DNA from: Azolla caroliniana
Taxonomy: Eukaryota; Plantae; Polypodiophyta
Assembly (NCBI GenBank): GCA_043228905.1
Contig: JBHGNT010000017.1
Span: 8,680,001 to 8,744,000, forward strand
Length of the DNA stretch: 64,000 bases
Reading direction: 5' to 3'
The notes below the pieces were generated by a model that had not been told where the DNA came from, did not search any database, and saw only the letters and a program-made list of their open reading frames with translations. Shown here in pieces: positions 14,765-28,251 of the stretch. Both the position numbers and the translations under genes were made by a program. How positions within the stretch are numbered: the first letter of the stretch is position 1; each line of letters begins with the position of its first letter.

Positions 14765-15654
14765 CCATCCAACATGGGGACTAGCATTCGACCTCAATAA
14801 AGGACCAACCCGTTGTCAACTCGGTTTGTGGACCTACGTCAACATTTTACTTGCCAACTACAAACAGGATTTTGAGACAACAATTGGCACATGGTTCGTA
14901 CTCCCCTATATTCGTTTTAATAGGACACCTTTATCACTCTTCGCTAGCTACTTCGCATCTATGTGGTTAGCATGCAACTTCAAAGAATTCTTCACCATCA
15001 CCACTCATATGCAGTATATCTACTTCCCCCTCTCAACATCCAACACCTCCGTCTCCCCTGTCTCCCCTGTCTCCCCCGTCGCCCTCACCAACCTCTAGAT
15101 CATCAACCCGGCCCACCATACTCCATCCTCCACTCCCCCGATCCCCCTCCTTCACAACAACCACATCACCCCACTACGTTGTCCCCCTAGTGTTATGGAC
15201 CCAGGAGTGTGCACTCATTAGGTTGCGAGGGATCTTAAGTTGCTGTCATTTGAGACACAAGACATGAAGACAATGACACCAACAAAGGCCATGAAGCTCA
15301 AGAAGGCTCTAGGAAAAAGGGGATAGATTAAATCTCACGAGGAAGATTTTAGCCAATGGGCAACCTAATGTGAAAGGAACCCAACTCCATCATAAAAAGC
15401 TACAAAATGTTAGGAATATGTCCCTCCTATGGGAGAAGCCGACAGTTTGGCTAAGTAAGAGCCGACATTCGAAGACAAGGAATAGCCAACTGGTGGGGAT
15501 GAGGGACGACAATAAAAGACATAGAGATTCAATTGAGAGAGAGTCGACATGGAGAGTCAACTGGGAGAGTTGACAATATAAGTGATCCAAGTCGATGACA
15601 CGACCAACCAATCGGGCCGACCGGATGGTCGACGACAAGGCCGACTGGACAATC

Positions 15655-16986
15655 GACATTGGAGAGAAAGATCAAGTGCCTGCGATCGGATGGCGGAAAA
15701 GAATACTTTTCTAGTCAGTTCAACAGTTATTTGCAACAAAAGAAAATTCGGGGAGAATTCAATTGCAGATACACACCGAAACAAAATGGTGTGGGCGAAA
15801 GGAAGAATCGGTCGATTGTGGAGGCGGCACGGGCGATGCTAGAGGAGAAGAGCTTGCCCAAGTTGTACTGGGTCGAGGCGGTCCGGACGGCAGTCTACAT
15901 CCAAAACCGGATTGGGGAGAAGGTGTCAACACATGAACTATATTTTGGGCAGAAGCCGAACTTAAGGCATCTTAGGATATTCGGTAGCATTGCCTATGTG
16001 CATGTACCGGATGAGAAGTGGAGGAAGCTGGGCCCAAAGTTGGAGAAGCGTATCCCTGTCGGTTACTCACATGAGCAAAAATGTTATGAGTACTACAACC
16101 CCCGGACAAAGATAGTCCAAGTAAGCCGAGATGTCGAGTTTGACTAATCGGCATCCTGGTACTCTCTGCCGAATCCGACCCATTTCCGGAGGATGCTAGT
16201 GAGCCTGAAACAATCCGGGAAGACGAAGAAGATGAGTACGGGACTCTAGACGAGAGTCCGATTTCATTCCGGCTAAATGGGCCGAATGAGCGACTGAGTC
16301 GGAATGACCAATCAAATGAAGAGCCGGTGAGTAGTGAAGCCAGCGAGTAGTGGAGACCGGCAGAGATGAGTCAGATCGGAGTGAATCCGATTCCGGAAAG
16401 AACAAAGACAGATCTTCAGAAGAGAAGTCTGAGTCGGCCAAGAGGGACAAGAAATTGGCAAAGCAAAAATTGGGCCGATCCACCTGCCAAAAGCATCATG
16501 TAGTTCGATACGGATATAACATGTATATGGTGCATCATTATGCGTACATGGTGAAGGTGGTAGTCGTGCGTGAGCTGGAGAGCTCTTTAGAAGCGGCTAA
16601 GGATCCGAATTAGCAGAAGGCCATGGAGTAAGAGATGCACGCGCTCACGGAGAATGAGATGTGGAACTTGGTGGACGTACCGATAAAAGTGACACCAATC
16701 GGTTGCCGGTGGGTATACAAAGTCAAATACAGCACCGATGGCTCCGTTAACCGGTACAAGGCTTGGTTAGTGGCAAAGGGCTACGCGCAACAACACAACG
16801 TTGACTACGATGAGATGTTCGCACCAATCGTAAAGATGACGACTATCTGTGTCTTGCTTGCAGTGGCAACGGCGAAGGGGTGGCATCTACATCAAATGGA
16901 TGTGAAAAATGTGTTCCTGTAAGGTGATCTTGAAGAACAAATATTCATGGTTCAGCCCCCCGGATTTCAGTCCGGAATGAACACGT
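15655..16986 (+). mobile_element. Copia integrase-RT fragment (element H), same family as element B
   Basis: KCLRSDGGKEY, YTPKQNG, GCRWVYKVKY, HQMDVKN; broken at 16986 by a Gypsy LTR. Confidence 0.85.
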
Positions 16987-19890
16987 TGTCGTGAAGTTGA
17001 CACTTCACGATGTGAAAACAATGTCAAAAATCTATAGAAGTACATTTCCCATCTGGAGCTTATGACAAGGAGCATGAAGGAATTTTCGGTGCGTGAACCG
17101 AAGCTCAGAAACCCAAGATACAAGCTTCGGAAGGATTAATGTTACTTGGGACAAAACTGTAATTATGTCAAAAGGGGGAGTCAAAACTAAATAAGGGCTA
17201 TTTTTATAATTTCTCAAATATAGAACTATAAAATTGAATTGTAGCATCAATAAATAAATAAATAAAAGAAAATAAAAATAAAAATACAACCGCTTGCATG
17301 AGGTGGTTTGTCAACCGCCTCAAGAGGGTGGTAGGGCAGTTGACCACCCTATATAAGCCACACCTATGGTGGCTAAAGAGAAAAGGAGGAGAAGGGGAAG
17401 AAGAAGAGAAGGAAAAGCAAGTGAAGAAGCTCGTGTGGGTATGGGATGCAGAGCTCGCCAAAGAAGATGGTGGCATGCATAAATCAAGACAAGAGTTAAA
17501 GAAAAGAAAGAAGATACAAGAAAGGAAGAAGTTGAAGTGGTGTATCTCAAACGCCTCTTTGTAAACAAAAGGTTGTGAGTTTGAATCCTCTTCGAATAAC
17601 TTCTTTTGGTAATCAAATTTTGTAATATAAATTTAGTATATATAAAGTGAAAGAGAGAGAGAGATAAATAGAAACCAAAGAGATTGAAGTGGTCTATCTC
17701 AAATAGAGTTTGTGAGTTCAAGTCTTGCCAAGTAACTTTTGGCAAAAGAATATTGTAAGTGGTTATTTTACAAATAAAATTCTTTTCGCGACAACGTCGC
17801 ATTTATCTTGCCTTCTCGGCTTCTTGTCATCGCACCATCTGCGATTACGCGTTTTCACCCCGATCATCCCCGAGTCACAGAACCCCAGCGGTTGCGACAC
17901 ACAACCATAATCTTCGCGACACAAATTTGGTGAACCCGACGTGAAGTGTTGTCGACAAGGGGAGTTTCGGAGTTAAAGTTTTCCAAAGAGAAGGTCGGAA
18001 AATCAAAGAAAATGGTGGATATAGGTGCCAACATAGAGATGACAAACAAGGGCTTCAATGAAGAGATGGCAAGTTTCATGATGACGATGATGAATCGGAT
18101 GCTTCAAGAACAAAGTGTGATGAACCAGATGGAAAATGAGTTAACGCTCGCCGTACAAATGGTCATCGAAAGGATAAGCAAATTTAATGGCGAGGACATC
18201 AGTCAGTTCCTTGAGGTCTATGAATACGAGATGGCCAGTAGAGGGGCAACCGGGGTACAAATGGTGTCGCATATCAACCGGGTTTGCACACTTGGTGTCG
18301 GAGCAAGGGTAACGGAATTATCGGAGAGATTCCGTGAAGATTGGGCTGGGTTCCGTCAAGCATTGCTTGATGAATACATGTTAGACGACCGGACCCAAAT
18401 GTCAAAGAAGAGCTTTCTTGAATGGACCGAGAAAGGGGGTAAAGGACTCTCAGTGTCAGAGTTGTTGAGAGAGTTCGAGAAAAGATATAATGAGCTCTCA
18501 GTAAGAGATCGAGAACTACTACAATCAGAGAAGGTGGATTTATTCGTCCGAGCGACAGATAAATCTTTTAGAAAAGATATCACCATCCTTCTTGAAGACC
18601 GGACAAGCACAACCGGTTTGGTGTCCGATTGGGTGGAAGTACTCGAGGCTTGTCGAGTACTAAGAAGGAGGGCACTAAGGATGGAGGATGGCTATGACAA
18701 TAGAATAAAGATAACAACCAGAGAACATCCAAAAAAAGAATCAGGAACCCGAACGGATGTTGGCAAAGGAAAGGAGCCAGAGTCCTCGATTGATGAACTA
18801 ATAAAGGGAATGCGGGATCTACAACTCAAGTTCATAAAGCTTGAGAAGGGTGAAAGCTCGGGTGTTCGACGAAAGCCCAATGAAGGAGAAAAGGGTGAAT
18901 TCATCCGCCGATGCATATGGTGCGATAGCACGGAGCACCAAAAAAGGGATTGTCAGAGCCATAAGGAAGCATTAGAAAGAAACATTATCTTCTATCAAAA
19001 TGAGAGAATCCACTCCTCGGAGACCCGACAACCCCTAAAAACCAACTTTGGCAAAGGTGGAGATGAAGGTCTGGCCAACAGCAACACCACTTCCAGAAGA
19101 TAGTGAAAAGATAATGAAGGAGGTGTCGACCGAGCCAATTCTTCGGGATCGAAAGAGAATTGGGGTTTCAAGAAGTACTAGTGGTAGGACATATGTGTGG
19201 GCCATACGGAAGAAAGCCAGCACCAACAAAGATCAACGCAATACAAAATATGAAAGAAGAATGCAACTCTGTATCTGAAGTTCGAAGGTTCTTGGGTGCA
19301 TGTGTCTTCTATTGTAGGTGGATTTCACATTATGCCCACATATCAGATCCATTGTATCGGCTATTAAGAAAAGGGGAAGCATTTGAGTGGACAGAAGAAC
19401 ACTCAAATGTAATTAAAAGACTGAAGGAGAATCTGGCTAAAGCTCTTGCATTGAAACAACCTGAGTACACCCAACCAATAATCCTCACAGTTGACTCAAG
19501 TCTGATTGGAATCGGGTGGGTAATAAGCCAACAAGATGAGGAAGGAGAATGACATCCGATTCGATTTGGTGCGAAGGTACTTAGTAGACGTCAACGAAAG
19601 TATGCGCAAGTGAAGAGAGCACTCTGGGGGATAATCATTGCTATCAAGACGGATAGGGACTATCTGGTTGGTGTTGAGGTGATTGTGGATACAGATTGCT
19701 TGCCAATTCTGGGGATTATTGCAAATTGCAATATTCCAGACCAAGCAATGCTTAGGTGGTGTGTCTACATCAAAACCATCAACCCAGATGTTTGACATAT
19801 ATCTGGTGAGAAGAATGAAATGGCTGATATGTTATCCAGAGCAAAATATGAAAAAGAGGAAGTGGTAGAATCAAATAGTGACGAAGAAGA
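16987..19890 (+). mobile_element. Truncated Ty3/Gypsy element G: 5' LTR 16987-17921, tRNA-Trp PBS 17928-17944, gag, internally deleted pol
   Basis: TIR TGTCGTGAAG/CTTCGCGACA; PBS TGGTGAACCCGACGTGA; RT-thumb and RNase H motifs at 19160-19840 (VRRFLG, LTVDSS, ADMLSR). Confidence 0.85.
17946..19103 (+). CDS. gag: Gag of element G with CCHC zinc knuckle
   Basis: 385-aa ORF directly after the PBS; CIWCDSTEHQKRDC. Confidence 0.8.
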   Translation: MLSTRGVSELKFSKEKVGKSKKMVDIGANIEMTNKGFNEEMASFMMTMMNRMLQEQSVMNQMENELTLAVQMVIERISKFNGEDISQFLEVYEYEMASRGATGVQMVSHINRVCTLGVGARVTELSERFREDWAGFRQALLDEYMLDDRTQMSKKSFLEWTEKGGKGLSVSELLREFEKRYNELSVRDRELLQSEKVDLFVRATDKSFRKDITILLEDRTSTTGLVSDWVEVLEACRVLRRRALRMEDGYDNRIKITTREHPKKESGTRTDVGKGKEPESSIDELIKGMRDLQLKFIKLEKGESSGVRRKPNEGEKGEFIRRCIWCDSTEHQKRDCQSHKEALERNIIFYQNERIHSSETRQPLKTNFGKGGDEGLANSNTTSRR

Positions 19891-19892
19891 AT

Positions 19893-22800
19893 CAGGTTCG
19901 ACAAAGGACGAGGCTCGGGAGACATTTATGGCAGCTTTACGACGACCGATACGGACGACGCTCAACAACAATAATGTGAAAGAAGAAACAACCGATATGG
20001 TCATAGAACGAGCGCTACAGCTCAAGCTAGACGAAGAAGAGGAAAGGTTTTCCATGTCCTCATTACGGCCAGCGTTACCTCAGGACGAGGAACGACATTT
20101 TCTCCAGGCAATCCAATGCATGATTTGCCTCAATTCGGGGCATTCTGCAGTGGAATGCAACATGCGAATGCACTGCCCAATCTGTCACTCGAAAGCCCAC
20201 ACAGTCGAGCAGTGTGAGTACAATATGTTGAATAGATCCACACCCACAGTACGAAGCGTGGAAACACAATGCCCACCTCGCCGTAATGAGCAAAGGCGCC
20301 AGGAATAACGGCCCCGATATACGGATCGGAACCCAACGATGACCGGCACTACCGGAATCGCCGGAATAACAATGATTCCAAGGAAGAAGAGCCGGAAGGC
20401 GAAGACTACCGAGGCAACCACAGATATAATAAAGGAGGCCGACGCTACGAGAATTACTGTCCAACGAACAAACGTGGCGGCTTCAATGGGCCTCACGGGA
20501 AACATCGTCAATATCGGGACCAACGGCGGTACGGCGAAAGTTCGGATGATGATCGGCACCAGGAGCCACATCGGGACCAACAACAACCACCACGAACGCT
20601 CAGAAGAACGAACCAAGACCGGGAGGAGCAAGTCACATTTGGGGATCGGAACACACCACCAGTTGCCGAGAAAGGCAAATCTAGCGTCCATTGTTTCGTT
20701 TGCCAACAGCAAGGGGCCCGCCGTCAATACGATTATGGCGGAAGTTCAGCAAGTCACGACAAGACAACAAACAAAAAATGCGGATTGGGCTGCGCAAGAT
20801 GAGATACGTCAAACGGCCCAAGCATGGGTCAAAAAAGCGAACGCGGCAAATACGGAACGCATGCGGCAGCAGTCAGCGAACAATGTGGGGCCTTTGGCGG
20901 AATATGTGATATCTCTAGATCCCCTATGGCAAGCACTAGCAGGCTGCAAGATAACACTGACCATGGAGAAGCTACTTCAACTAGTCCCACGGTTCCGCCA
21001 GGCCGTGAAGGATCGCATAACAGGCAGACCTAGGGTAAGCATCTCCGCCAACTTTACAGACACCAGCGCCGGACCAACGGTGGTGGATCACCATAATCCG
21101 GCTATTAAGTTGATATTGCACGGTCAGGAAATCACAGGATGCCTAATTGACGGCGGCTCTGGCGTGAATGTAATTAGCACGAAGACATGCGAACAATTGG
21201 GAATTTCAGAATGGGAAGCTTGCCTGTTTTGGCTTCGCATGGCGGATACCCGCTCAGTACGGCCTTTAGGCTTAATACGCAAGTTAGGCATTATCGTTGG
21301 CGGACACCGTTTCGACGTCTCGGCGGTAGTCCTCGCCCTCGACACCCCAGGAGTGTATCCTATGCTACTTGGCAAACCGTGGCTTCATTTAGCGAATATC
21401 AAACAGAGCTGGCAACATAAGTGCATCAGCTTTCGATGCGAACACACCAAGGTTCGCGTACCAACAGAGGAAATGGTGGCACAACCCAAAGGGCATAACA
21501 CCATTATACGTGGAAGATATAAATATGTTGGCTGGGGTGGATGATACAGAATTAGAAGTATACCTAGACGAGCACCCCCGGATCATTCCGCTATTCGAAA
21601 TCGACGTCATAGAAACTGCAGCGGAGTACGCCACACCCACTGCGCTGCACGACGAGGCTTACAAACCAGACCTAGAATCAATATTTGAATTAAGCAGAGC
21701 ACGTGCGGCGTTCGAGAGGCAAATGGAAATTTCATTATGAGTTGCTGCCTCAGCCCTAGAAGAAGTAAACGTGGTTACGACGTCAAACACCCGATTCCTC
21801 TCCATCGCAAAAGAATTATTGTCAGATCAGAGAGAAGCGATGATAGCACTACTCAGGAAGTATAAAGATGTGTTCTCTTGGTACCAGGAGACATGAAGGG
21901 ATTAGATCCAAAGTTCTATCAACATAAGATCAATTTAGCGACCGATGCGAAACCGGTCCAACAACGTCAATACTGCATGAACCCAAATTACGCGGCTCGC
22001 GTAAAAGAAGAAATTGGCAAACTCCTCAAGGCCGGATTCATTCGACCAGTCAAACAAGCTACATGGCTAAGCCCGATAGTAGTCGTACCAAAGAAAAATG
22101 GCAAAATACGGGTATGCGTGGACTATCGGAAATTGAATGTCGTAACCATTACAGACACATTCCCTTTACCGTTCACCGACAGCGTACTGGATGCCGTCGC
22201 AGGGCATGACATGTACAAATTTCTAGATGGCTTGAGTGAGTACAATCAAGTACGCATGCACCCCGATGATCAAGAAAAGACGGCGTTTGTCACGAACTGG
22301 GGAGTCTATGTTGCGGTCGTCATGATGTTCGAGCTAAAGACGGCGCCGACTACATTCCAACGGACGATCACAGAGATTTTTGGGGAATATATACCTGCCT
22401 TCATGCATGTCTTTTTAGACGATTTTGCGGTATAGGGGACAACAACCGACCATTTTACGCATCTACAGCTTTGCCTGGAGCGTTGCCGAACTGCACGCTT
22501 AAGCCTGAATCCCACCAAATGGACCTTCGACGTCACCAGCGGGGCTCTCCTTGGCCACTTAGTTAATAAGGAGGGGATAGCGGTCAATCCGAACAAAATC
22601 TCCGCGATTACCCATGCAAAAACATCGACAAACGCGAAAACACTAAGCCGGTTTCTGGGACATACGATGGCATAGCCAGATGATACGCTATTTGGCGGAT
22701 TTCGCCACACCATTACATTTCGCCGTTCACCGTACTGCTTTCAAATGGACAACAATGGAAGAGAAGGCGTATGATGCGCTAAAAATAATGCTAATGCAGG

Positions 22801-25800
22801 CACTAGTCGTACAACCACCAGTGTGGGCGAAACCATTTCACGTGTTCGTGGATACCTCGAACATAGCAATAGGTAGTGCGCTGATGCAACTCACAGAGCC
22901 GAATTGGTACCGACCAATGTACTACACTAGTTGGAAACTATCGACGGCTGAGCGTAACTATTCCACAACGGAACGTGAAGTGTTGGGTATGATATACAAC
23001 ATCAATAAATTCCGGCATTATCTGCTAGGGCGGAAATTCACGTTTCACGTGGATCATACGGCATTTGCTATATCTGGTAGGGAAACAGACATTGACAAGA
23101 AAATTGGCTAGATGGATGCTATTGCTCCAAGAATTCGACTTTGTAATTCAGCACCGACCGGGTACGCAACACGTGGTGGCGGATTTCTTGAGCAGACTAG
23201 ATAATGGAGAAACGACGCAAAAAGATGACGACAACTTTCTAGATGCAGACATTCTGTGTATAGCAACTGTAGCAAAAAGAACAGAAAAGACTTTTCCGGA
23301 TCGATGGTTGATGGAAATGACCTACTTTCTGACCACGGGGTTACCGCCACCCCAATTAAGGACGGACGAGAAAAAACGGATGGCCGTACGAAATCGGAAT
23401 TTTTGTTTAATCGAAGACGTCCTATATCACAAAGGCAGTGACGACAGCTGGAGGCGCGGAATACGACAGGATGAGAAGGCCGTGGTTTTATACGAAGCCC
23501 ACTGTGGTATGGCGAGAGGACATTATGCAAGCGATGTTACGGCCCGGAAAATCTGGCAAGCAGGACTTTGGTGGCTGACTACGCAAAAGGATGCGTATGA
23601 ATATTGCAAACATTGCGATTTATGCCAACGTCTGGGCCAGCCCACGGAAGTCGCGAGAATGCCACATCAACCGGTGTTGCCATTAGATCCTTTCCAAAAG
23701 TGGGGACTAGATTTTGTGGGACCCTTTACCCCGGCGGCTGCTCGAACAGGCAATAAGTATATCCTTGTGGCTACGGATTACTGCACCAAGTAGGTAGAAG
23801 CGAAACCACTACGTGAAAATATCGCGGCAGTCACGGCGAAATTCCTTTACGAACATATTTGGTGTCGTTTCGGTTGCCCTATTGAGCTCATTAGTGACCA
23901 AGGGAGTCACTTTCTGAATACGGTCATCAGCGAACTGACCCAACACTACGTTGTGGAAATGACCTACTTTCTGACCACGGGGTTACTGCCACCCCAATTA
24001 AGGACGGACGAGAAAAAACGGATGGCCATATGAAGTTGGAATTTTTGTTTAATCGAAGACGTCCTAAATCACAAAGGTAGTGACGGCATCTGGAGGCGCG
24101 GAATACGACAGGATGAGAAGGTTGCGGTTTTACTCGAAGCCCACTGTGGTACGACAGGAGGACATTACGCGGGCAATGTTATGGCCTGGAAAATCTGGCA
24201 AGCAGGACTTTGGTGGCCGACTATGCAAAAGGATGTATATGAATATTGCAAACAATGCGATTTATGCCAACGGCTGGGCCAACCGACGGAAGTCGCGAGA
24301 ATGCCACATCAACCGGTGTTGCCATTGGATCCTTTCCAAAAGTGGGGGCTGGATTTTGTGGGACCCTTTACCCTGGTGGTTGCTCAAACAAGCAATAAGT
24401 ATATCCTGGTGGCTACAGATTACTACACCAAGTGGGTAGAAGCGAAACCACTACGCGAAAATACCGCGGCAGTCACGGCAAAATTCCTTTACGAACATAT
24501 CTGGTGTCATTTCGATTGCCCTATCTTGCGCGTGAAAAAGATTTTACGGTTGGGAAAGCGGTGTTAGTTTTTCAAACATGCACGAGGCAAATGCCAAGAA
24601 AACTAAGATTTCGTTGGATAAGCCCGTACTGGATAGTGGGAGCGGAACAAGGCACGTTTCAACTTGGCACGCTGTCCGGGGAAATGTTACGACAAAAGGT
24701 GAATGGGTTTTGCCTTAAACCTTATCTGGGTCCTATGCCACCTAACCCGTTCCCTGCCGGACAGGACAAAGCCGGAGAATCCGCGGAGTAAGTATGAGGC
24801 CCTACTTGTACTATAGTGTAAAAATAATATTGTATGTAACCATTACAAAAAAAAAGAGAGAGAGAAGGTAGCGACGCTATTAAAAGGACTTGAGGCATGC
24901 ACAAACTTCTAGACCAAGAACATGCGGCACCACAATGGCTCACCGACCAATGAACCCTAGGCCCCAAAAAGAAGGAAATAGAAGGTTTTCTACATAGTAC
25001 AGAAACCAACCTTCTAACTCTCATCGCTTTCATCACTCCCCTCACTCACCCTCCTCTCCATCCTACCACAAAGCTCAAGTTCGCCATAGCCAGCAGTCCT
25101 CACCCACTAGCCACGAGTCTCACCCTCCTACTATGCCGATCCCTATTTCTGTCGCCTTGCGTCTATGGCTCGTCGAGAAATGCCTGGATGGATACATCAA
25201 AGTCGCTTAGGCACCCCCTCACCATGAAGCCCTGGACATTGCTAGGAAGCTTAATATCGACATGGTCACCAACACATCCATCCGGAAGAAGCTTGACCTA
25301 TCATCGCTGGGAGAAAGACATTTCGAAATCCCTCCTACGGAAACTTTGCAGAGATATTTCACGCCATACTCAGCGTCTGCCAAGGCATACAGGACGAAGG
25401 AAATCCCCGACCCCTTATTTCGCGAAATAGCCAACTTCCTGTTGGAGGTCGGATCCATGTATATAAATGCCTATGGGATGCCCAAGCAGAAGGCAGGTAT
25501 CATCATTGATACCTTCAAAGGGCGCACGGTCGATTGGGGGGTCATTACGAGACCAACGTTGCGGGAAGGCATGCACGCGTATCAAGGCGGAAAAAAGCTA
25601 AGGCCAATTATACAACAGTATCAGACGATATTGTTCCTGCCCCGAGGACTGCCCGCACCACAGCCCAGCAAACCCACACCGCCGCCACAATCCGCAAAAC
25701 GAAGGTTAGTGGAGTTGGCCACCACAGAATGGGAGGACGAACCCCAATCAACCCAGCCTAGCACGCGAACAACACAGGAGGAATGGGCGGAGCATAGGGA

Positions 25801-28251
25801 GGAAGCTCCACAGGAGCAGGAAGCCGAGCAACGTCAAGGCAGCCCGAGGCCAAAATGGCGAAGGCTGGACTGGAAAGATGGGCGCGGTTTAGTTAAAGAC
25901 ACACTCGCGGCTACAAAGACGACCATCATGGTCGACAGCTCCGTAGCTACGAAGCCCAACACCACCTTCGAAATAATACGGGAACCACGGCCGATCATTT
26001 CGGCCTAGTCACAGCGCGGGAAAGGAAAGCGAGGTCCTAACATATCCGGACATTCCGGACACGGCCCATGAGTTCGGCACACTATTACAGTTCGGAACTA
26101 CTTTTGAACTCATGGATTTTTTGGCAACACAACAAATAAAAGTCTCCCAACGAATGGTCGTGGAGCACGTGGAGCGACAAATGATTGAGCGCGCGCCAAC
26201 ACAAACGTCGGAAAGTGATGATAAGGAGCAGCTAGCCAGAGTCGGCAGACAACGGAACACCGGTATACGCCGAATGGGGATGGAACTACCCCCATTAAAC
26301 GCGGCCCTCGTCGAGGTTCATAGGGAACCGACTAAGGTCAGTATTGGCGCCAAGGATATAGCGATTAAAAATAAAAATGTCTGGAAAACGGTTAAACTGA
26401 CCCAAGTCGAGCTACAAAAGGCCAATGAACGCATCGCGGAGTTGGAACGTAAAGCGACTACGGCGCAGCAGGCAGCTAAACCAATAGACAACGTCGTCGA
26501 GGCCCTAAAAGAAGAGATTGAAGCACAAACCGTCATTGCCTCGAAAGCAAAAAGGGTCGTGCAACTAACGGAATCGGAGATTGACTACCTCCGCTCTGAA
26601 CTTCGCCAGTCCTCGGACAGAGAGAAGGACATCCGGGCCAACGGCCGAAAGGCAGTTAAGACCCTTGAAGAGAAACTCGTAGCGGAGGCAGCACAACACA
26701 TCCACACGAAAGAAGAAAACGCCAAACTACGGGAGGAAGCGCAAAAACGGAAACAGTGATCACGGGACTCCAGGAGTTATTGGAAAAGAAGAAAGCATGG
26801 TTCGACGAGTAGCATGTATGAGAAGAGGAGAGAAGGAATCAGCTCGAAATCCGCTTGAACAATGAAATGGGAAAGCTGGAGGAATTACATTCGAAGGAAT
26901 CTCAGCTATGGGCAGGAATGAGGAGCAATTATGAGGAAGCGGCGGCGGTCAGCAAACAAGAAATCGAAAACCTCAAGAAAACTGTAGAAGAATCACGCAA
27001 CCGTTGCCAAACAATAACCGACAACGTGCGCATACTTCTTCAAACAAATTGGGAGAGGTTTACGACGCAATTACAAGCGGTGGAGTTGCATACGTACTGG
27101 GTAGACTGGGAGAACCGAAGAAAAGACGGTCGAGGATTCTACAAACTCAATGAGGAAAGCATTGCGGCAGTACGTGAGGACCTAGTGCAGGATTATCGCA
27201 CGCTAGCGGACCAACACTCTGAGGAACTCGCACAACAACTAGATGATTTTGGCGAAAGTCAGGAGGACCTATTTCACCAAATCATGCAAGCCGATGACAC
27301 GCGACCCACCACGGAATCCATTGCGATACCGGTAACGGATATTGGCGAACGAGAGGAACCTCATCCCACGTAACCGGAATTAACCACTACGGTGGGCAGC
27401 ACGGAACAGCAAGCGGAGCCCCCCGCGATACCAGAAAGTGAGATTCTTGACCAGGAGGAACCTCAACCCCATTCACCGAAGCATACGACTACGACCGGCA
27501 CCACGGAGAAGGTTACGAACAAGACAGAACCTTGACCTACCGAGAGCCCGCCGACAGCTGAGCTAGCCACAGTAGAACAGGATGATCCAGCAGAACCAAG
27601 ACCACCCACAGAGGAAGCCAGCGGCACCATGGAAAGCCCTATCGAGCAAGTACTAGAACCACGCAACGACGCGCCTATGGACACTACGTCGTCCCCAGAC
27701 TTGGACACCGGTGCGGAACAGAACATCCGGGCCATTTTGGAGGAATATTAAAGGGGTGGGTCCGATGTGCCATGGCACTGTCCCATAGGTGTGCCAAGTG
27801 TTGTCCGTCGGAATAGTAACCAACGGATAGGAGCGCAGAAATATAGAATATAGTAAAAATGTAACGCATGTAACGGAACGGCTAAAAGACCCTGTGTATA
27901 TGAAGGGCAGAAATCCTCTGTAAGAGGTAGCGTGTAAATTTTGATGCATAGAGCGTTATCTTAATAGAGTTCTATCTTCTCTGATCCTTGTGCATATATG
28001 TGGTTAACCTACTGTGTTTTTGTGATTCTTGGTGGCGTATTGTAATCGTAAGATCGTAGGCGTGAGTGCGAGTGTTGTTACTAGTGCACTGTCTAAGGAG
28101 TTCAGTTGTAGCCGTCTTCCTTATACGCTACTAGGATACGGGGAGGTATCCCATTACGTATTACGGTACGACGGTACCATTCGTTGCAACGCAGTCACTT
28201 TGAGGTCTAGGTCGAAGGACTGACAGTAGACGGTGTTCGTAATCAGTAACA
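19893..28251 (+). mobile_element. 5'-truncated non-chromovirus Gypsy F: gag-pol ~19893-24791, extra ORF 25133-27751 (both disrupted), 3' LTR 27799-28251
   Basis: Zinc knuckles, IDGGS protease, FLDD RT, RNase H, HHCC integrase; LTR TGTTG...TAACA abuts Copia gag sequence at 28252. Confidence 0.85.
27756..27796 (+). other. tRNA-Arg-like 3'-half module at the PPT position (copy F)
   Basis: GTGGGTCCGAT-GTGC-CATG-GCAC-TGTCCCATAGGTGTGCCA, then AG, then the LTR TG. Confidence 0.75.

Noticed and set aside
15191-15650. Additional LTR starting TGTTATGG
   Set aside because: No matching terminus or TSD could be identified.
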